From Bdellovibrionales bacterium (GTDB lineage: Bacteria; Bdellovibrionota; Bdellovibrionia; Bdellovibrionales; UBA1609): a DNA stretch of 64,000 nucleotides. Both the position numbers and the translations under genes were made by a program. Shown here piece after piece: positions 29,188-39,009 of the stretch. The notes under the pieces were generated by a model. The model ran no database searches and was not told where the DNA came from. It saw only the letters and a program-made list of their open reading frames with translations. The stretch spans positions 2,528,001-2,592,000 of the forward strand of contig OZ241329.1 of NCBI GenBank assembly GCA_965199825.1, given 5' to 3'. The first letter of the stretch is position 1; every line of letters begins with the position of its first letter.

Positions 29188-32100
29188 GAGTGATGTCCCT
29201 CGTGACCAGTTTCAGCATTGCGAATTTTTGATAAATAATGAAGTGCCGGTTGAGTGTTGAGCTCTCCCAATACCGCATAATTTCTTTCGGAGTGAAAGAG
29301 CTTAGCAACAGCACTCTCGGGATCTTTTAGATTTCCGAAGGTGATTGCATTTGCGGGACAGGTTTGCTGACACGCGGTTTTTACTTCGCCATCGTGAACT
29401 TTACGATCTTGAAGTTTAGCCGCTTGTTTAACTTCCTGAATGCGATGAGTGCAAAAGGTGCACTTTTCCATCACCCCTCGCGAGCGAACAGTGACTTCGG
29501 GATTGAGCGCATTGTGCAAAGGTTTTTCGACCGTTTTGACATAGTTAAACCAATTAAACCGTCTGACTTTATAAGGGCAATTGTTTGAACAATATCGCGT
29601 TCCCACACAACGGTTGTAAATCATATCGTTGGTGCCTTCATCCGAGTGCACGGTTGCAAGCACGGGACACACAGTCTCGCAGGGTGCGTTGTCACAATGT
29701 TGACAGGTCATAGGCTGAAACACCGCCTGAGGCTCTTCGGGTGTCCCTGTGTAGTAGCGATCGATGCGGATCCAATGCATCTCGCGCCCTTTAAGAACAT
29801 ATTTTTTGCCGATGGTCGGAATATTATTTTCAGACTGACACGCAATCACACAAGCCGAACAGCCCGTGCACGTATTGAGATCAATCACCATCCCCCATTT
29901 GTATTCGGGGTATTGATGTTCACTCCAGATCGAGCGAATTTTTTCGCGATGAATATTTGCCGAAGGATTTTTTTTGTATTGAGCAAGGGTGGCCTCAATC
30001 ACAATTTCGCGGCCTTCCATCGAGTGATGATCTTGGGTGGCGGCAAGCTCATATTTTTCGCCCGTTTTTTCAAACTTGGCATTGAGCCCTGAGTAAACGG
30101 TCAAACCATTTTTAAAACTTGATAAGGGATAGGCATTTACACCCACATTGTTGGCGATTTTGCCAAAACCGGTGCGACCATAACCCACCGCTAGACCAAG
30201 AACGCCATCGGATTGACCTGGCTGAATATGAATCGGTGCAGTCACCGTTTGCTCACCGACAGTGAGCTTGATCATATCGCCTTCTTTTAATTTTTCTTTT
30301 TTGGCATCTGAGGGAGAAAAACAAACATAGTTGTCCCAACAAATTTTTGTAACAGGATCTGGAAATTCTTGAAGCCATGAGACGTTGGCCAAAGTGCCGT
30401 CGGCCAAACCCACAGTCATAAAGAGGGCTAATTCATAGCCTGATTGTTTCTTTATTTCTTTAAAAGCTGGCGTGAGGTCAGGTGCATGCGAGCTATTGGT
30501 GGTCGAAGTTTTGGTGTTGACCACTCCTGTTTGCAGAAGTTGATCCCAAGCGGTTTCAAAATCTCCCGTTTTTGCTTTAGGGAAAATATCGGTCTTCCAA
30601 TAATTTCTTAAATATTCGTAGGCGTCGGCAACATCCTTCATGCGCGCAGGCACATGCTCCGACTTTTTGCTCCACTGAATCATGTTGTCTTCAAAACTGC
30701 GCGAATTGTAAAGCGGACGAAGGGTGGGCTGTTGAATGCTGTATACTCCAGCCTGAATTTCGGCGTCGCTCCAAGCTTCAACCGGATGATTCACCGCCAA
30801 AACATAATCAGAGATTTGGCCTGTTTCATCCATACGGTCTTCAATGTAGATCACAGTTTTGGCTTTTCGGAGAGCCTCGGTCACTTTTAAATCGGCTGGA
30901 GCGCTATAAACTGGATTTGATTTATAAATGATTACGGTTTGATAGCGTCCAGACTGAATGCCTTTTACTAACTGCTCAAGATCTTGAGAAGTGGTCATCC
31001 GACCAGCAGTAGACAATCGACCATCAAAGCTATTGGTGTCGTTTTCTAAAGCCGCATTAAGAAAATTCACCGCGGCCTGGAGTTCGGCAGCGTTTTCGGT
31101 TTGGGTGACCATTCCGCCGGCAAGTACCGCAGATTTTCCGCGATTGCGCCACAAGTCTTCGGCAATCTTTTTAAATGCGGCTTTTGGAATATTGAGTTCG
31201 GCCGCAGCATTCGAATATTTTTGTAAAGCGCTGCTCACTTTTGAATCCGAAGCAAAGCGCGACACTTTTTGGGTGTTAATCAACTCAGCAAGCAAACCTA
31301 AAACAACACTGACTTGTTGTGAGGGCTTGATTCGATATCGCTCGTCGGCATTTAAACCTGTTAATGAAACCAACGATTCGAAAGAAACAAGTTTGGTCAT
31401 ATCACCTGAAGGACTGCGAGCCGCCGAAAACTTTTTGGTAAATTCGGTTGGCGCGAGGTAAGTTCCAAGAAAATCACAGTCAATGCTCACAACATAACGG
31501 GCTTTATCAAGCTGAGGTGCCGCAAAACTACTGCGACCAAAAGATTGCTTTTGGCCAAGTGCTGCACTCTCAAGACCCGTTGCTTCCCATAACAACCAAT
31601 CGGCTTTATAGGCCGAACAAAAATCGGTGAGAGCTTGCCTGGCTGTGGGCGAACTCATTCGCCCGGTGAGAACTGCAACTTTGCCTTCTTTTAAGAGATC
31701 AGGAATTTCTTTATCAACTTTTTCCCATGAGGCTTCGATCGTATCGCGATTCGATTTTTTTTGATTTTGCAGATTCTTTTTTGGACCATTCAAACGATCG
31801 GGATCCCACACACTCAACACATGGGCATTGGCGCGTGCAGACAGTGATCCTAAGTTTGAGGGATGATCGGGATTTCCTTCGATTTTGATTGGCCGACCCT
31901 CGCGAGTCTTAACAATTGTTCCAAATCCTTCGATCGAATCGACATAAGAAGAGGTGTAGTAGTTTGCGATCCCAGGAATAATTTCGATTGGTGCTTTGGC
32001 ATAAGGAACAATTTTTTGGGCTGGACGACGAACACATCCAAAGGATCCAAGGGCTAAACTTGCGCCCATCAGTTTTAAGAATTCGCGGCGCGCCCATCCA

Positions 32101-32222
32101 TCCGCCGAATCTGATTCTTTGAGTGGGCTCGAAACGAATTCATTTTCGGCGACTTTTTGAAATTCAGGATCGTTGCGCCACTGTTCGAGACTTAACCAAT
32201 ATTGTGGTGAATTGTCTTTCAT
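29184..32222 (-). CDS. actB: Alternative complex III subunit ActB (molybdopterin-oxidoreductase-like plus Fe-S domain)
   Basis: Tat motif [51 protein letters not shown]. Confidence 0.93.
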   Translation of the reverse strand: MKDNSPQYWLSLEQWRNDPEFQKVAENEFVSSPLKESDSADGWARREFLKLMGASLALGSFGCVRRPAQKIVPYAKAPIEIIPGIANYYTSSYVDSIEGFGTIVKTREGRPIKIEGNPDHPSNLGSLSARANAHVLSVWDPDRLNGPKKNLQNQKKSNRDTIEASWEKVDKEIPDLLKEGKVAVLTGRMSSPTARQALTDFCSAYKADWLLWEATGLESAALGQKQSFGRSSFAAPQLDKARYVVSIDCDFLGTYLAPTEFTKKFSAARSPSGDMTKLVSFESLVSLTGLNADERYRIKPSQQVSVVLGLLAELINTQKVSRFASDSKVSSALQKYSNAAAELNIPKAAFKKIAEDLWRNRGKSAVLAGGMVTQTENAAELQAAVNFLNAALENDTNSFDGRLSTAGRMTTSQDLEQLVKGIQSGRYQTVIIYKSNPVYSAPADLKVTEALRKAKTVIYIEDRMDETGQISDYVLAVNHPVEAWSDAEIQAGVYSIQQPTLRPLYNSRSFEDNMIQWSKKSEHVPARMKDVADAYEYLRNYWKTDIFPKAKTGDFETAWDQLLQTGVVNTKTSTTNSSHAPDLTPAFKEIKKQSGYELALFMTVGLADGTLANVSWLQEFPDPVTKICWDNYVCFSPSDAKKEKLKEGDMIKLTVGEQTVTAPIHIQPGQSDGVLGLAVGYGRTGFGKIANNVGVNAYPLSSFKNGLTVYSGLNAKFEKTGEKYELAATQDHHSMEGREIVIEATLAQYKKNPSANIHREKIRSIWSEHQYPEYKWGMVIDLNTCTGCSACVIACQSENNIPTIGKKYVLKGREMHWIRIDRYYTGTPEEPQAVFQPMTCQHCDNAPCETVCPVLATVHSDEGTNDMIYNRCVGTRYCSNNCPYKVRRFNWFNYVKTVEKPLHNALNPEVTVRSRGVMEKCTFCTHRIQEVKQAAKLQDRKVHDGEVKTACQQTCPANAITFGNLKDPESAVAKLFHSERNYAVLGELNTQPALHYLSKIRNAETGHEGHHS

Positions 32223-32237
32223 ATGATTATTCCCTTG

Positions 32238-32771
32238 TTACCGGTGACACGTGCTGCAGTTGACCTTGGCTTTGTTTTCAGGAAGGCGATGACAGTTCAC
32301 ACACCAACCCATTGCCAAGCTTGCGTTTTGATAAACTTGCGACATCTTTTCGACTTCCCCGTGACAGGTCTTACACTCTTTGCCCGCTTTGATATGAGGC
32401 GCGTGACTAAACTTCACATGGTCAGGCAACAGATGCACCTTTTCCCAGGCGATACTTTCACCTTTGTCATAAGCGGCGGTCAGTTTCTTGATCGCCGGCT
32501 TATCGGTGGCCACCACACGATGACAGTTCATACAGATATTTAAGGTGGGTACGGTCGCATGCCGAGATAACGCCACATTGGAGTGACAATATTGGCAATT
32601 GATTTTGTACATTCCCGCATGCTGCTCATGCGAAAATGGCAAAGGCTGATCGGGTTGATAGCCCTTATTATACCCTATGACGATTTTATTATTGGTGAGC
32701 GCATAAATGAAGACGCAGAGGCCAACAAGTGCTCCGAGGACAACGATGCCAGCTACGATCTTTTTTGCCAT
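32238..32771 (-). CDS. actA: Alternative complex III pentaheme cytochrome c ActA
   Basis: Five CxxCH motifs (CQYCH, CMNCH, CKTCH, CVNCH, CSTCH), QPLPFSH, N-terminal TM. Confidence 0.92.
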   Translation of the reverse strand: MAKKIVAGIVVLGALVGLCVFIYALTNNKIVIGYNKGYQPDQPLPFSHEQHAGMYKINCQYCHSNVALSRHATVPTLNICMNCHRVVATDKPAIKKLTAAYDKGESIAWEKVHLLPDHVKFSHAPHIKAGKECKTCHGEVEKMSQVYQNASLAMGWCVNCHRLPENKAKVNCSTCHR

Positions 32772-32902
32772 ACCCTTCCCATGTCGATTCAGTCAGTGAT
32801 GTGAGGATGGTTCTCAAAATACTTTCAAGTACACACAATAATTAAATGTAGCAGGAAGCATTAGCAATCATAAATTCACATATTCATGAAATGAGTCGAG
32901 CT

Positions 32903-34486
32903 TTAAATGCGGCGTTTCACGCGCCGATGAATCACACTGACATAAATGACGTAAAGAATATGAAGCGCAACAAATGCGGTGACGTACTCCACACCACCTG
33001 CGCCAAAGCCGTACGAGTGAAGGCCTGCACCCAACACAAAGTTGACTCCATACCAAGCCATGATCACCAATGAAAATGCGATGACTGCCCCTGCGGCCAT
33101 TCCAAAATTTCGAACGAGACCAACCAGTCGGCCGTGCAACAGGGCTACATATCCAAGTAATGCGATCAAGGCCCATGTCTCTTTTGGATCCCATCCCCAA
33201 AACCGTCCCCAAGAGTAGTCAGCCCAAATTCCTCCGAGAATGATTCCAAGACTCAACAGCACAACACCGACTTGGATTGAGCGATAAATCGCCTCGGCAC
33301 AAATAGCGATCTGTTTTGCAAAGCGCTTTTCGTCGCGCAAAAAATAAAACAAACAAAAGTCACCAATCGCAAAAGCGAGAAAAAACCCAGCATAACTTAA
33401 TGTGATGATCACAACGTGCGTACTTAACCAAAACGTTGAGCGGAGCACAGGCTCAAGAGGTTGCAGAGTCGAATCCAAAATGACAGGAGCAACATCGGTC
33501 AATATCAAACAGAGAATTGCTACGAGCAACGAAGACACAAGTGCGATTTTGAATTGATAAACATAACTTAAGACCAACGAGATCACCAAAACACCGAGTG
33601 GCACCCACACCACGGTCTCATACATATTTGAAACCGGCGGCCGACCATTGATGATCGAGCGAAGCACAATCCCATAGATATGAAAACTCATCCCTGCCGC
33701 TACAAAACTCCAGCTCATCGGATTCAGCCAAATGGTTGGAAAGATTGCGGCCATTGCCATCAATAAAACAGCTGTTAAATAGAGTGACCAAGCCCAGCGA
33801 AAAGGATGAAGATGATTGTAATGGACCTCAAGCTTCATCATAAAATCGGAGCCATACTCGGCGGGATTTTCGGCGCGAGCAAGCTCTCGAAATTGGTCAA
33901 CCGCGACTTGAAGATCTTTTTTTTGACGAGACTCTAAGCTTTGACTATAGAGCGAAGTCACATTCAAAAAAGAACTTTTCAGTTCGCCGTCGAGCTCTTT
34001 CAAAGAGCGCCAAGGACCATCGGTTTTTTGGGGCACGATACGGATCGCTTCACCCGATCGAATCGCAATATAAAGAGAGAGCTGATTTTCTAGACGCATC
34101 ACCGCTTGAAAATAGGGATTGAGTTTTCCACCGCGCGCTTTTTCGGTGCGCAGTTCTGTAATGGCAAGACCAATGTTGTCGTTGGCTTCAAGCTCTTGTG
34201 GAGTAAAAATAAATCGATCATGCGACAAATGGAGAGTGGAGCGAAGTCCACTGTGTCGCACTTCGAAAAATTCCATGGTCTGCCAGGCTTGGGGCGCCAA
34301 GATCCAAGTCATCATCACATCGAGCGCCGCTTTTTCGTGATAGCTGGTCTTCCCATAAATCAACTGCAAGCTTTCGCGAGCAAAGGTATCCAGAGGCTTA
34401 ATGCGTCCACCGTCTTGAACGTGCAACACGCCAAGGGGTGCAGCCATAGCCAGGGATGAAAATAAAAATGCAAAAATCCATTTCAT
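32903..34486 (-). CDS. ccsA: Cytochrome c biogenesis protein CcsA/ResC (system II)
   Basis: GRIKPLDT, WADYSWGRFWGWDPKETW (WWD domain), GLHSYG. Confidence 0.92.
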   Translation of the reverse strand: MKWIFAFLFSSLAMAAPLGVLHVQDGGRIKPLDTFARESLQLIYGKTSYHEKAALDVMMTWILAPQAWQTMEFFEVRHSGLRSTLHLSHDRFIFTPQELEANDNIGLAITELRTEKARGGKLNPYFQAVMRLENQLSLYIAIRSGEAIRIVPQKTDGPWRSLKELDGELKSSFLNVTSLYSQSLESRQKKDLQVAVDQFRELARAENPAEYGSDFMMKLEVHYNHLHPFRWAWSLYLTAVLLMAMAAIFPTIWLNPMSWSFVAAGMSFHIYGIVLRSIINGRPPVSNMYETVVWVPLGVLVISLVLSYVYQFKIALVSSLLVAILCLILTDVAPVILDSTLQPLEPVLRSTFWLSTHVVIITLSYAGFFLAFAIGDFCLFYFLRDEKRFAKQIAICAEAIYRSIQVGVVLLSLGIILGGIWADYSWGRFWGWDPKETWALIALLGYVALLHGRLVGLVRNFGMAAGAVIAFSLVIMAWYGVNFVLGAGLHSYGFGAGGVEYVTAFVALHILYVIYVSVIHRRVKRRI

Positions 34487-35829
34487 GTTTTTGCCTTTCG
34501 CAGGCGATGTTTGAAGTAAAACAACATTACTGATCCTAAAACCATAAGGAAAGATCCAAAATATTTAAGTCCACGACCTGGATCATAATTGACCGAGAGT
34601 ATCGAAATCACCGGCTGGCCGCTCATGTCTTCTTCAAAACTGGATTGATAAAATGTAAAGCCGCCGTGTTTAAGAGGCTCATTCATCGAAATCGTCACGG
34701 GCTTTTGACCATCGACCAACACATCACTCTCATAGGAAGAGGCACGCTTCGTACCGGGATAATGGCCCACCCGAAATCCATTAAGTTTTAAATCAAATGG
34801 CAGACCCAATTGCTCGTTGGTGTAAACAATTTGGTAAGCGGTATTTTTGGTAAAAATGCGGAGCTCGGAATTCAGCCCAAGCCAATGATCTTTATCTAAA
34901 AAACGAAGATGAAGTGCCGGCGATGTTTGGTTATTGGGTGAGCCTTGATCATGATAAGTGACATTTTCTTTTGAATGTTCAAAATATCTTAAGATTCTTA
35001 AGTTCATTCCCTTGGCCCACGAGGTTTTGATCACATCGCCTTCTTGGGCTTTGCCACTCTGAACCCGCTTGCCCAATTTATCAAAAATTTCATAACGCAG
35101 AAATTGGCCTTCGCTATAAAATACGGCCTCATTATTTTTTGTCGGCTCGTAAGTTTTTTCAGCTATCACGATTCGTGCGGGACCGAGTTCTCGGGTCTCA
35201 AAGGGCTTTCGAGCATCCCGACGGATCCATTCGGTTTGATTGACAAAAGCATTTTCAAGATTGATTCGCAGCGCGGGGCCATCGCCCAAATGATCGCTGT
35301 TTTGAATTTCACTCTCGCGTGCGGCAAAATGGATATAGCCCACAACCTCTATTGGGTTTTCGCCCACATTCATGGTCAGAGGCGGAGGCAGAGATAAAAA
35401 ATCGACGGTCTCAGATGCTAGTCTCTGATAGCTCGACCCATCAAATGTCGCATAAACAGAAAGAGTTTGGTTGCTTGTGGTAACACTTTTTTTAATTTCG
35501 CCTTTGTGAAATGTCATTGTCCCGTCGACACCCATTTTTTGGGTCATCACCGAGCCTGCGAGTAAAATCAAAATTCCAATATGAGCCAAAACAAATCCCG
35601 AATGACGAGGCTTCCATGGCCAGCGCGAAATCATTACGGCAATCAGGTTGATACTTAAGAGAACCAAAACCGTATTCATCTCCCAAGAATGGTAAACCAT
35701 TTTTTGGGCGTACTCGGCGTCGTATTTTGATTCGAAGATCGTACCGACCGCAGCAATCACCGCAAGCAGAACAATAATCACCACTGCAAGCTTGATCGAG
35801 CTTAAGGGTCTTATCCAATTTTTGGCCAT
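34483..35829 (-). CDS. resB: Cytochrome c biogenesis protein ResB/CcsB
   Basis: SSIKLAV, HIGILILL.G, SSYES, ISMNEPL..GGFTFYQSS, DPG. Confidence 0.85.
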   Translation of the reverse strand: MAKNWIRPLSSIKLAVVIIVLLAVIAAVGTIFESKYDAEYAQKMVYHSWEMNTVLVLLSINLIAVMISRWPWKPRHSGFVLAHIGILILLAGSVMTQKMGVDGTMTFHKGEIKKSVTTSNQTLSVYATFDGSSYQRLASETVDFLSLPPPLTMNVGENPIEVVGYIHFAARESEIQNSDHLGDGPALRINLENAFVNQTEWIRRDARKPFETRELGPARIVIAEKTYEPTKNNEAVFYSEGQFLRYEIFDKLGKRVQSGKAQEGDVIKTSWAKGMNLRILRYFEHSKENVTYHDQGSPNNQTSPALHLRFLDKDHWLGLNSELRIFTKNTAYQIVYTNEQLGLPFDLKLNGFRVGHYPGTKRASSYESDVLVDGQKPVTISMNEPLKHGGFTFYQSSFEEDMSGQPVISILSVNYDPGRGLKYFGSFLMVLGSVMLFYFKHRLRKAKT

Positions 35830-35850
35830 TCCTTTGAATTATCATGGGGC

Positions 35851-36648
35851 TTAAACGAGAGCGAGGACAATCTGCGAAATGGCCGACTGCAGTTGGGTCT
35901 GCACCGCAGAAAACTTTTGTTCCAGTCTCTCTTTGGTTTCTTCATTCATATAGAGCGATCGATTCATCTCAACCTGAATGGTGTGTTGTCCAAGATGAGG
36001 TTGGCCATAGGTTTGGGTGATGCGCCCACCTTTGTAGGGCCAATTGTAGAACACCTGAAATCCGGCATCTTCATAAGCTCGGATCACCGAATCCTTAAAT
36101 TTTTCAGAACATGATTTGCCGTCTTGATCGCTCACCACAATTTGTGGTCGAACATCGCCCTGGTCTCGATGAGCCGAAGTTCCTTTGGAGGGCATGCTGT
36201 GAGCATCTAAGTGATAGATGTCTTTATGGCCTTGCTCTTTAAATTGTTTAAAGGCCTGTTTGATTTGGTTATGAAATGGCAAAAAATAATCGGTAGTCAG
36301 TTGCTGATGTAACTCTTTTGAAATTGGTTGGTGCATCAGCACCTCACCGAGAGTGGTTTTGACCCAATGATACCCGGTGGTAAAGGAGCCGGTAGGATTT
36401 TTGGAATCTTTAACCGAATCCTGATCGACATCCTCGGGCAAACGATTGAGGTCGACCACATAACGATGAATATCCCCGCGGATCGATTTTATTTTGGCAA
36501 TCGCAGGCTCATAGAGCTTGTCGACAAAACGGTCCACATCGCGAAGAAAGGTTTGTGGTGCAACGTTTTTGAGCCAGTCGGCTTCCTTCGGGATAAATTC
36601 TCCACTATGCGGGACCGTAACAAAAAATGGCGTCATAACACTTTCCAT
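35851..36648 (-). CDS. N-formylglutamate amidohydrolase
   Basis: PHSG, RYVVDLNR, DAHSMPS, NWPYKGGRIT, IQVEMNRSLY. Confidence 0.9.
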   Translation of the reverse strand: MESVMTPFFVTVPHSGEFIPKEADWLKNVAPQTFLRDVDRFVDKLYEPAIAKIKSIRGDIHRYVVDLNRLPEDVDQDSVKDSKNPTGSFTTGYHWVKTTLGEVLMHQPISKELHQQLTTDYFLPFHNQIKQAFKQFKEQGHKDIYHLDAHSMPSKGTSAHRDQGDVRPQIVVSDQDGKSCSEKFKDSVIRAYEDAGFQVFYNWPYKGGRITQTYGQPHLGQHTIQVEMNRSLYMNEETKERLEQKFSAVQTQLQSAISQIVLALV

Positions 36649-36679
36649 TCGTAAATTTTTGCGGCTATCATCGTTGAGA

Positions 36680-37240
36680 ATGAAAATTTACACAAGAACT
36701 GGCGATAAAGGCATCACTTCTCTTGGAAGTGGCGATCGAGTTTCAAAATCTGACGCACGTTTGGAAGCCTATGGGTCACTCGATGAGCTCAATTGTTTTC
36801 TGGGCGAATTGGTTTTACGCCTTGCCGAAAAATCGGGTGTTGCCCACCTGCCACGTCTTGAATCGGAAGTGATGCGAATTCAAAATGATCTCTTCACTTT
36901 GGGAGCCCATCTTGCCTGCCCGAGTGAGGAGCAGCGTCAGAATCTGCCACGCCTTCCACTTTCGCGAGTGTCGAACCTCGAACATGAAATTGATTGGATG
37001 TCGGCTCAGCTGCCGCCGTTAAAGGAATTTATTCTTCCTTCGGGCACTAGCATTTGTGTGCAGTATCATATCTGCCGCACCGTCACGCGCCGAGCAGAAC
37101 GGCGATGCGTTGCTTTGGGAAATACGGTTGAAGCCTCAATTGTTGAATATCTCAATCGACTTTCTGATTATCTTTTTGTTTGCGCGCGGCTGAGTTCGCA
37201 TTTGGAAGGGGTCCAAGAACTCCCCTGGAAAAAACCATGA
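36680..37240 (+). CDS. PduO-type cob(I)alamin adenosyltransferase
   Basis: MKIYTRTGDKG (true start 36680), YGSLDELN, RTVTRRAER, YLNRLSDYLF. Confidence 0.93.
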   Translation: MKIYTRTGDKGITSLGSGDRVSKSDARLEAYGSLDELNCFLGELVLRLAEKSGVAHLPRLESEVMRIQNDLFTLGAHLACPSEEQRQNLPRLPLSRVSNLEHEIDWMSAQLPPLKEFILPSGTSICVQYHICRTVTRRAERRCVALGNTVEASIVEYLNRLSDYLFVCARLSSHLEGVQELPWKKP

Positions 37241-37510
37241 ACTGAATTTTCTGTTAAGGTCTTGAGCCCTCAGGACAATTTTGAGGCCTCTCCCATAAAT
37301 TGAACAGTTTTAGTTACGTTAAAGATTTTGGTCGGTTTGTAAGAACCACTCAGAGGTAACATTTTTTTGTCGCCTATTATCTGTGCAAAGGTTGTGACTA
37401 TGTCCTATCCGAATTGAATTCTAAAAGGTTAAATTTTTCTATTGAGTCAGCTGGAAAACCCATTTGCTATCGAAGGTTGCTGCAACTGAATGCGAACGAA
37501 GGTACGATCG

Positions 37511-37773
37511 TCGTGCCCGCTTGAGTTGTCGTGCCCGCTTGAGTTGTCGTGCCCGCTTGAGTTGTCGTGCCCGCTTGAGTTGTCGTGCCCGCTTGAGTTG
37601 TCGTGCCCGCTTGAGTTGTCGTGCCCGCTTGAGTTGTCGTGCCCGCTTGAGTTGTCGTGCCCGCTTGAGTTGTCGTGCCCGCTTGAGTTGTCGTGCCCGC
37701 TTGAGTTGTCGTGCCCGCTTGAGTTGTCGTGCCCGCTTGAGTTGTCGTGCCCGCTTGAGTTGTTGTGCCCGCT
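37511..37773 (+). repeat. Perfect tandem array of TCGTGCCCGCTTGAGTTG (18 bp x 14, plus a partial 15th unit)
   Basis: Units start every 18 nt from 37511 to 37745; the last partial unit is TTGTGCCCGCT; no spacers. Confidence 0.97.
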
Positions 37774-37812
37774 AATTTTATATTTAACTAAAAACTGACA
37801 CCGCCGGAAATT

Positions 37813-37874
37813 TTGTCGTGCCTATTTGAAGTTGTCGTGCCCACTCAAGGGTTGTCGTGCCCACTCAAAAAAAT
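37813..37874 (+). repeat. Three degenerate copies of the array motif
   Basis: TTGTCGTGCCTAT, GTTGTCGTGCCCACTCAAG, GTTGTCGTGCCCACTCAAAAAAAT at 19-20 nt spacing. Confidence 0.9.
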
Positions 37875-38039
37875 GAGACATATATTATTGTTGTTGACAC
37901 GATTTTTGTTCAGTTCTTTTGGCTTCAGTTGTATTTTTAAGAGAGTTTTGAAACTTTTTGTTTCGATGACTTCTCCAATTGCTGTTACGGCGAAAATTTC
38001 CATCCAAATTAACCTGCCTCAATGTGGTGTCGCCGCTAG

Positions 38040-38094
38040 CAAAATGCATTCTAGAAAACCCATGTTAAACTTTTCTCCTAAACAGGAGATATTT
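38040..38094 (+). promoter_or_regulatory. Conserved promoter/RBS block of HNH copy 2 (extended -10 TGTTAAACT, AGGAG)
   Basis: Homologous to 11305-11360 (minus strand). Confidence 0.6.
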
Positions 38095-38919
38095 ATGGAT
38101 CATTTAAAAATTCATTCACACGCAGTCAGGGCGGCTGATGCCCACAGAAAATCTGAAATGGATTTGCTTAACGCTCTTGAGGTTGTTTGGAGAAATAAAA
38201 CCTATTATCAGTTTGGCTGCCGCTCTTTGTTTGAATACTCCACCAAACAACTTAAACTTTCTGAAGAGATGGCGAGCATCGTAAATAAAATAGCTAAGAA
38301 ATTTACCGAGCTGCCTGAACTGAAATTGGAAATGCAAACGGGAGAGCTTTCTCTTTCAAAAGTAAACCGGATCACTGGAGTCGTGAATAAAGACAACGTT
38401 CAACATTGGGTAGATCTTGCCAAAGGGACCAAACGTAATTTCGAAAAAGAAATCGCAAAGGTCCAGCCCGAAAAAGCAATTCCTGAGCGGGCACGATATC
38501 AAAAAGCTGATGAGACTCTGAGAGTTTCGATTTCTTTTTCAATTACACAAGAAGAGTATGCCGTTTTTGAACGAACCAGAGATCTATTAAGTCAAAAATT
38601 AAAACGTCCCGCGAGCATTGGCGAAACACATGTTGCGGCTATTCATGAGCTCAATCAAAAATTGGATCCACTTAAAAAGCCTATTCGCAAAGACACAGCG
38701 GGCACGACAAAATTGACTGTTAATTTAAAGCGAAAAGTTCATTACACTTTTGATAGTCAGTGCACGCATGTGGATCATAACGGCGAGCGATGCACGCAAC
38801 GTCGCCATCTTGATATTCATCACATCGTTCCAAAAGCAAGTGGTGGGACTGATAATGAAGCCAATCTGACTTTATTGTGCGCGGGACATCATCGTGCCCA
38901 TCACAGAATGAAGTCTTAA
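38095..38919 (+). CDS. HNH endonuclease with helical N-terminal region, copy 2
   Basis: Start MDHLKIH after AGGAG aligns with copy 1 MSHQKIH; RHLDIHHIVPKASGGT..NLTLLCAGHHRAHH. Confidence 0.85.
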   Translation: MDHLKIHSHAVRAADAHRKSEMDLLNALEVVWRNKTYYQFGCRSLFEYSTKQLKLSEEMASIVNKIAKKFTELPELKLEMQTGELSLSKVNRITGVVNKDNVQHWVDLAKGTKRNFEKEIAKVQPEKAIPERARYQKADETLRVSISFSITQEEYAVFERTRDLLSQKLKRPASIGETHVAAIHELNQKLDPLKKPIRKDTAGTTKLTVNLKRKVHYTFDSQCTHVDHNGERCTQRRHLDIHHIVPKASGGTDNEANLTLLCAGHHRAHHRMKS

Positions 38920-39009
38920 GATTTGCACCCATTAAGTCATTCACCGTCTGCCTCCATATTAAATTTTAGTTCATCGCTATAATCACTCATCGAGTTGAAG
39001 CTGAATCGC

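Noticed and set aside
37464..37798. ORFs encoding (RARLSC)n or (SCPLEL)n
   Set aside because: They are a by-product of an 18-bp unit lacking stops in two frames; no clear SD, and the motif is conserved at DNA level in other frames.
37511..37874. CRISPR or TIGR-type guide array
   Set aside because: Units are contiguous identical 18-mers with no variable spacers, and no cas or Nop-domain gene is nearby.
37813..38094. 94-aa N-terminal extension of HNH copy 2
   Set aside because: Paralog alignment, SD and promoter all place the start at 38095.
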